Assembly: GCA_044868295.1 (NCBI GenBank)
Contig: JBIOWF010000229.1
Location: 12,651-76,650 of the forward strand
Direction of reading: 5' to 3'
DNA length: 64,000 bases
From: Microtetraspora sp.
GTDB lineage: Bacteria; Actinomycetota; Actinomycetes; Streptosporangiales; Streptosporangiaceae
Shown: piece by piece, positions 59,591 to 64,000 of the stretch
Layout: the number at the start of each line of letters is the position of its first letter
How positions within the stretch are numbered: position 1 is the first letter of the stretch
The notes under the pieces: generated by a model
Database searches by the model: none
Seen by the model: only the letters and a program-made list of their open reading frames with translations
Told to the model about the DNA's origin: nothing
Position numbers and translations under genes: made by a program

Positions 59591-61765
59591 ATGGAAACGG
59601 TGTACCGGACCTGCCCGCTGTGTGAGGCCGTGTGCGGGCTGAAGATCACCCTCGACGACTCCGGGCACGTCACCGACGTCCGCGGCGACAAAGACGATCC
59701 GTTCAGCAAGGGCTTCATCTGCCCCAAGGGCGCGTCCCTCGGCCGTCTCGACGAGGATCCCGACCGTCTCCGGGCGCCCCTGGTGCGGAAGGGCGAGGAG
59801 TGGTCCGAGGTCACGTGGGAGGAGGCGTTCGCGACGGTCGAGCAGGGACTCTCCCGGATTCCCGGACCCGCCCGAGCGATCTATCTCGGCAACCCGAACG
59901 CCCACACCATGGCCGGCGCCCTGTACGGCCCACCGCTCGCCCGCAGCCTGGGCAGCCGCAACATCTTCTCCGCCAGCACCGCCGACCAGATGCCCAAGCA
60001 CGTGTCGTGCGGCCTGATGTTCGGCCATCCCCTGACGATCCCCGTGCCCGACCTGGACCGCACGGACTACCTGCTCATGCTCGGGGCGAATCCACTGGAG
60101 TCCAACGGGTCGCTGTGCACGGCACCCGACTTCCCCGGCCGCCTGAAGGCACTGCGCAGGCGGGGCGGCAGGTTCGTCGTGGTCGACCCCCGCCGCACCC
60201 GGACCGCCGATCTGGCCGACGAGCACGTCTTCGTGCGGCCCGGCACCGACGCGTACCTGCTGGCCGGCATCGTCCACACGCTCGTCGCCGAAGGCCTCGT
60301 CACCGTCCACGTGCCGGTGAACGGCCTCGCCGACGTGGCCGCGGCCATCGCCGACTTCCCCGTCGAGGTCTGCGCGTCGGCCTGCGGCGTTCCCTCCGAC
60401 GTGATCGTACGGCTGGCGCGCGAGCTGGCCGCGGCTCCCACCGCGGCGGTATACGGCCGGATCGGCACCTGCACGGCCGAGTTCGGCACTCTGGCCCAAT
60501 GGCTCGTGGACGTGATCAACGTGCTCACCGGCAATCTCGACCGGCCCGGGGGCGCCATGTTCCCCCGCCCGGCGACCGAGGCCCCGGGGAGGCGCAAGCC
60601 GTACACGACCGGGCGTTGGCGCAGTCGCGTCCGCGGGCTGCCGGAGGCGAACGGCGAGTTTCCGGTGGCCACGCTCGCCGACGAGATCGAGACCCCGGGA
60701 GAGGGGCAGGTCAGGGCGCTGATCACGGTCGCCGGAAACCCGGTCCTGTCGGCTCCGAACGGCGTCCGCCTGGACCGCGCATTCCGCGGACTCGAGTTCA
60801 TGGTGAGCGTGGATCCCTACCTCAACGAGACGACCCGGCACGCGAACGTGATCCTGCCGCCCCCTCGGGTTCTGAATTCGGGGCACTACGACTTCATTCT
60901 GCTGGCGCTCGCCGTCCGCGACTACGCCCGGTACTCGCCGCCAGCGCTGCCGCTGGACGGTGGGAGTCGTCCGTCGGAGGCGGAGATCCTCGCCCGGCTC
61001 GCCATGATCGCGTCCGGCCAGGGCGCCGGGGCGGACCCGACTCTGCTGGACGAGCTCATCCTCGACCAGATGCTCGGCAAGGCCGTGGCGGCGGAGGGCG
61101 GCCCGATCCAGGGGCGCGACCCCGCGCGGTTGCGCGCGTCGTTGCTCGGGTCGTCCGGCGCCGAGCTGCGCCTGGACGCCATGCTGCGGCTCGGCCCCTA
61201 CGGTGAGTGGAACGGCGGCGATCTGTCGCTGCGCACGCTGCTCGACAGCCCGCACGGGCTCGACCTCGGCCCGCTGCGACCGCGCCTTCCCGGCAACCTG
61301 AGCACCGCCTCCGGGGTCGTCGAGCTGGCCCCCGCGCCGCTGCTCGCCGATCTCGTACGGCTCCGCGCAAGGCCGGCCGATGACGCGCCGGAGTTCGTGC
61401 TGATCGGCAGACGCCATCTCCGCTCCAACAACAGCTGGTTGCACAACGTCGGCCCGCTCGTCGGCGGCAGCAACCGGTGCACGCTGCAGATCAACCCGGC
61501 CGATGTCGCCCGGCTGGGGCTGGGCGGCGAGGCTGTGGTCCGCTCGGCCACCGGCGAGCTGACCGTCCCGCTCGAATCCACCGACACGATCATGCCCGGC
61601 GTCGTCAGCCTGCCGCACGGCTGGGGCCACGAGGGAACCCGCCAGGCGGTGGCCGGCAAGAACGCCGGAGTGAACGCCAACACCCTGACCGACGAAACGG
61701 TCATAGACCCGCTCTCCGGCAACGCGGTTTTCAACGGCGTGCCGGTGATGATTGCCTCAGCTTGA
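59591..61765 (+). CDS. Molybdopterin-dependent oxidoreductase (formate/nitrate reductase superfamily, soluble catalytic subunit)
   Basis: 724 aa with an N-terminal 4Fe-4S motif (CPLCEAVCGL...CPKG), MopB-like domains and a C-terminal molybdopterin-binding barrel. Confidence 0.9.
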   Translation: METVYRTCPLCEAVCGLKITLDDSGHVTDVRGDKDDPFSKGFICPKGASLGRLDEDPDRLRAPLVRKGEEWSEVTWEEAFATVEQGLSRIPGPARAIYLGNPNAHTMAGALYGPPLARSLGSRNIFSASTADQMPKHVSCGLMFGHPLTIPVPDLDRTDYLLMLGANPLESNGSLCTAPDFPGRLKALRRRGGRFVVVDPRRTRTADLADEHVFVRPGTDAYLLAGIVHTLVAEGLVTVHVPVNGLADVAAAIADFPVEVCASACGVPSDVIVRLARELAAAPTAAVYGRIGTCTAEFGTLAQWLVDVINVLTGNLDRPGGAMFPRPATEAPGRRKPYTTGRWRSRVRGLPEANGEFPVATLADEIETPGEGQVRALITVAGNPVLSAPNGVRLDRAFRGLEFMVSVDPYLNETTRHANVILPPPRVLNSGHYDFILLALAVRDYARYSPPALPLDGGSRPSEAEILARLAMIASGQGAGADPTLLDELILDQMLGKAVAAEGGPIQGRDPARLRASLLGSSGAELRLDAMLRLGPYGEWNGGDLSLRTLLDSPHGLDLGPLRPRLPGNLSTASGVVELAPAPLLADLVRLRARPADDAPEFVLIGRRHLRSNNSWLHNVGPLVGGSNRCTLQINPADVARLGLGGEAVVRSATGELTVPLESTDTIMPGVVSLPHGWGHEGTRQAVAGKNAGVNANTLTDETVIDPLSGNAVFNGVPVMIASA

Positions 61766-61831
61766 CAACACTGGGTGAACAAGCGCTTGAGAACAGGGCG
61801 AGGAGTGATCACGGGACAATAGGCTTCCCTG

Positions 61832-62434
61832 GTGACCATCGCGACCCTTGAGGAACGGCTGCAAGCCCAGATCAGCTTCGCACTGGAGATCGACAAGCTC
61901 AAGCGCGTCATCCGCCGCAACACCCTCATCGACGGGTCGCGACGGGAGAACGACGCCGAGCATTCCTGGCATCTGGGCATGCTGGCGATGGTCATGGGCG
62001 AGCACGCGCCGCCCGGCACCGACCTCGACAAGGTCGTCGCCATGCTGCTCGTCCACGACATCGTGGAGATCGACGCCGGGGACGTCTTCGTTTACGACAC
62101 CGACGCCGTCGCGGGACAGTCGGCCCTGGAGCGCGCCGCCGCCGACCGGATCTTCGGGTTGCTCCCCCAAGACCAGACGGTACGGCTGCGCGCCATCTGG
62201 GACGAGTTCGAGGAACGGCGCACCCCGGAGGCCCGTTTCGCCAGGGCCCTCGACCGGCTCGCCCCGATCCTGGCCAACCACCACAACGAGGGCGGCACCT
62301 GGAAGCTTTACAAGGTGACGGCCGATCAGGTGCGGGAGAAGGTTCAGATCATCAGCGAAGGTTCCGTCACCCTCGGCAAGTTCGCCGAGCAGCTCGTCGA
62401 GACCTCCGTCGCCCGGGGCCACCTCGCCCCCTGA
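61832..62434 (+). CDS. HD-domain hydrolase (YfbR-like 5-prime-deoxynucleotidase family)
   Basis: ENDAEHSWHL...LLVHDIVEIDAGD HD motif. Confidence 0.85.
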   Translation: MTIATLEERLQAQISFALEIDKLKRVIRRNTLIDGSRRENDAEHSWHLGMLAMVMGEHAPPGTDLDKVVAMLLVHDIVEIDAGDVFVYDTDAVAGQSALERAAADRIFGLLPQDQTVRLRAIWDEFEERRTPEARFARALDRLAPILANHHNEGGTWKLYKVTADQVREKVQIISEGSVTLGKFAEQLVETSVARGHLAP

Positions 62435-62487
62435 ATGTTCGCTGCACTGGCGCGCGGGTAAGTGCTCAGTGTCAGTTAGGGGGCGAG

Positions 62488-63399
62488 ATGGAGAAAACGG
62501 CCAAGCCGCAACGCTCTATCCGGCGGACACGGAAGGGGTCGTCAGCGGACCTGCTTCACCGGCTCGAACGGTCCACGACCCTTGACCAGCCCATCCGGGT
62601 GATCGCGAAGGCCGTGCGTCGCAGGCTCGGCGTCGGCCGGATCCGCGACCTGCTGCACGGCGTGCCTCTCGGCCATCCCGTCCATCCCCCGCTGGCCACC
62701 TTCAGCCTGGGCTGCTGGCTGGCGACAGCCGTACTGGACCTGACCAGATCGGATCCGCGAGCCGCCCGGGCGCTGCTCGCGACCGGAGTGGGCGCCGCGA
62801 TCCCGACGGCCGCCGCCGGGATCGCGGACTGGTCGACCCTCCATCGGGAGCAGCAGCGCGTGGGGATCGTCCACGCGCTGTCCAACCTGACCGCGGCCGG
62901 GCTCTACACGGCGTCCCTTCTGCTGCGCCTCGACGGGAAGGAGCGGACCGGCCGAGTGCTGGCGTTCGCCGGGCTGAGCGCGGCGAGTCTCGGTGGTTAC
63001 CTGGGAGGCCACCTCGCCTTCCGGCTGGCAGCCGGGGCGAACCATGCCGAGTCGGTCAGCCACCTGGTGCCGCTCGGCTGGCACGACCTGTGCGCGCTGC
63101 GTGACCTGCCCCACGGGCGCCCGGTCGCCCGGCGGCTCGGCTACATCGACCTCTTCGTGCTGCGGTTCGGGGACGGGGTCAGCGTACTCGCCGACCATTG
63201 CTCCCACCTGGCGGGGCCGTTGCACCAGGGCCGCGTCGTCGTCGAGGACGGCGACCCCTGCGTGGTGTGCCCGTGGCACGGGAGCGTCTTCCGCATCTCG
63301 GACGGCGCGGTGGTGCACGGGCCCGCCACCGCACGCCAACCGGCGTTCCAGACCCGGCTGCGGCGCGACGGCATCGTCCAGGTCCGCCCCGCCGACTGA
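62488..63399 (+). CDS. DUF2231 membrane domain fused to a Rieske [2Fe-2S] domain
   Basis: Has the GHPVHPPL motif and 4 TM helices. The C-terminal CSHLAGPL...CPWHGSVF region is a Rieske CxH/CxxH pair. Confidence 0.8.
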   Translation: MEKTAKPQRSIRRTRKGSSADLLHRLERSTTLDQPIRVIAKAVRRRLGVGRIRDLLHGVPLGHPVHPPLATFSLGCWLATAVLDLTRSDPRAARALLATGVGAAIPTAAAGIADWSTLHREQQRVGIVHALSNLTAAGLYTASLLLRLDGKERTGRVLAFAGLSAASLGGYLGGHLAFRLAAGANHAESVSHLVPLGWHDLCALRDLPHGRPVARRLGYIDLFVLRFGDGVSVLADHCSHLAGPLHQGRVVVEDGDPCVVCPWHGSVFRISDGAVVHGPATARQPAFQTRLRRDGIVQVRPAD

Positions 63400-63480
63400 T
63401 CGTCCGGCTTCGGCCTGCCGACTGATCGTCCAGGTCCGGCCTGCCGACTGATCGTCCAGGTCCGGCCGGGCCGCCTAATG
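63373..63480 (+). repeat. Tandem repeat of about 26 bp (4 units) duplicating the 3-prime end and stop codon of the Rieske gene
   Basis: Units at 63373-63398 (atcgtccaggtccgccccgccgactg), 63399-63424, 63425-63450 and a degenerate 63451-63480. The first unit encodes the last residues IVQVRPAD plus TG of the stop. Confidence 0.85.
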
Positions 63481-63484
63481 ATCG

Positions 63485-63718
63485 TCAAGTGCCGTCAGGC
63501 CGTCGATCGTCAGCGGGATGCTCGACGAGGGCGAGGATCCGGTTGGACATGAATCGCGCCGTACGCACCGGGTTGCCGGTCCGGGTCACCTCGGTCACCT
63601 CGACGACCCCCCGGCCCGTGGACACTTCGACGCGCCGTCCCGCCCTGGTCGCGACAACCTCATAGGTGCGCGGCGTGCCGCCCGCGTCGATCACGATTTC
63701 CACCCGATCGCCCTTCAT
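63485..63718 (-). CDS. Hypothetical small protein (77 aa)
   Basis: ORF with good codon bias (MKGDRVEIVIDAGGTPRTYEVVATRAGRRVEV...). No family recognised. Confidence 0.4.
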   Translation of the reverse strand: MKGDRVEIVIDAGGTPRTYEVVATRAGRRVEVSTGRGVVEVTEVTRTGNPVRTARFMSNRILALVEHPADDRRPDGT

Positions 63719-63735
63719 AGGCGAGACATACCCCG

Positions 63736-64000
63736 TCAGGACAGCAGCTTCACAATGGCCACCACCCCAACGCAGACGATCAATCCGCGCAGGACCGGGG
63801 CGGGCAGCCGCCGCCCGACCCGCGCGCCGACGAACCCTCCCAAGGTGGACCCGAGCGCGATGAGCAGCGCCGCGCCCCAGTCGATGTGGGCCAGGATGAT
63901 GAACAGCACCGCCGAGGCGGTGTTGACCAGCAGGGCCAGCATGTTCTTGGCCGCGTTGAGCCGCTGCAGCTCGTCATCGAGGAAGACGCCGAGCAACCCG
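63736..64000 (-). CDS. Sulfite exporter TauE/SafE family membrane protein, C-terminal part (runs off the window)
   Basis: LNAAKNMLALLVNTASAVLFI...GSTLGGFVGARVGRRLP is typical of the TauE C-terminal helices. Confidence 0.75.
   Translation of the reverse strand, partial: GLLGVFLDDELQRLNAAKNMLALLVNTASAVLFIILAHIDWGAALLIALGSTLGGFVGARVGRRLPAPVLRGLIVCVGVVAIVKLLS

Overview
Very GC-rich actinobacterial core chromosome. I saw no rRNA, tRNA, CRISPR array, transposase or integrase. Gene order resembles the Mycobacterium Rv0490-Rv0560 region and the Streptomyces rex-hem region. GC content was not computed and the organism was not identified.

Left and centre (mostly minus strand):
- nuoA-nuoG, the start of the NADH dehydrogenase I operon
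- a MenJ-like geranylgeranyl reductase and menG
- bldC
- cytochrome c maturation genes: resA-like, ccdA, resB, ccsB
- hemL
- a PDH-E1-like gene with a divergent Lrp regulator
- rex-hemA-hemC-cobA/hemD-hemB
- an ECF sigma factor with a DUF5667 partner
- the proC / bS22 / HTH block
- acuC
- a MacAB-like ABC efflux set and an MFS pump

Right side: plus-strand dnaK-grpE-dnaJ-hspR-clpB, then a more accessory-looking end with secreted Pro-rich proteins, TetR, CapA-like, XRE/DUF397, a molybdopterin oxidoreductase, an HD hydrolase, a DUF2231-Rieske fusion and TauE.

Main result: a dispersed family of short intercistronic repeat elements.
- Each carries a mini-ORF (MSERSER...-type peptides). Its start codon overlaps the stop of the upstream gene and its stop overlaps the start of the downstream gene (ATGA/GTGA).
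- Copies sit at nuoD|nuoE, nuoC|nuoD, hemA|hemC (two in tandem) and rex|hemA, and one forms a leader in front of acuC. A minimal version sits at hspR|clpB.
- The architecture matches mycobacterial MIRUs, but the sequence family is different.

Other points:
- single-base frameshifts in nuoE and in the E1-like gene, and a disrupted PGY-rich membrane-protein gene
- a perfect Rex operator upstream of the MenJ-like gene
- two HAIR operators at dnaK
- several short tandem repeat arrays at gene 3-prime ends
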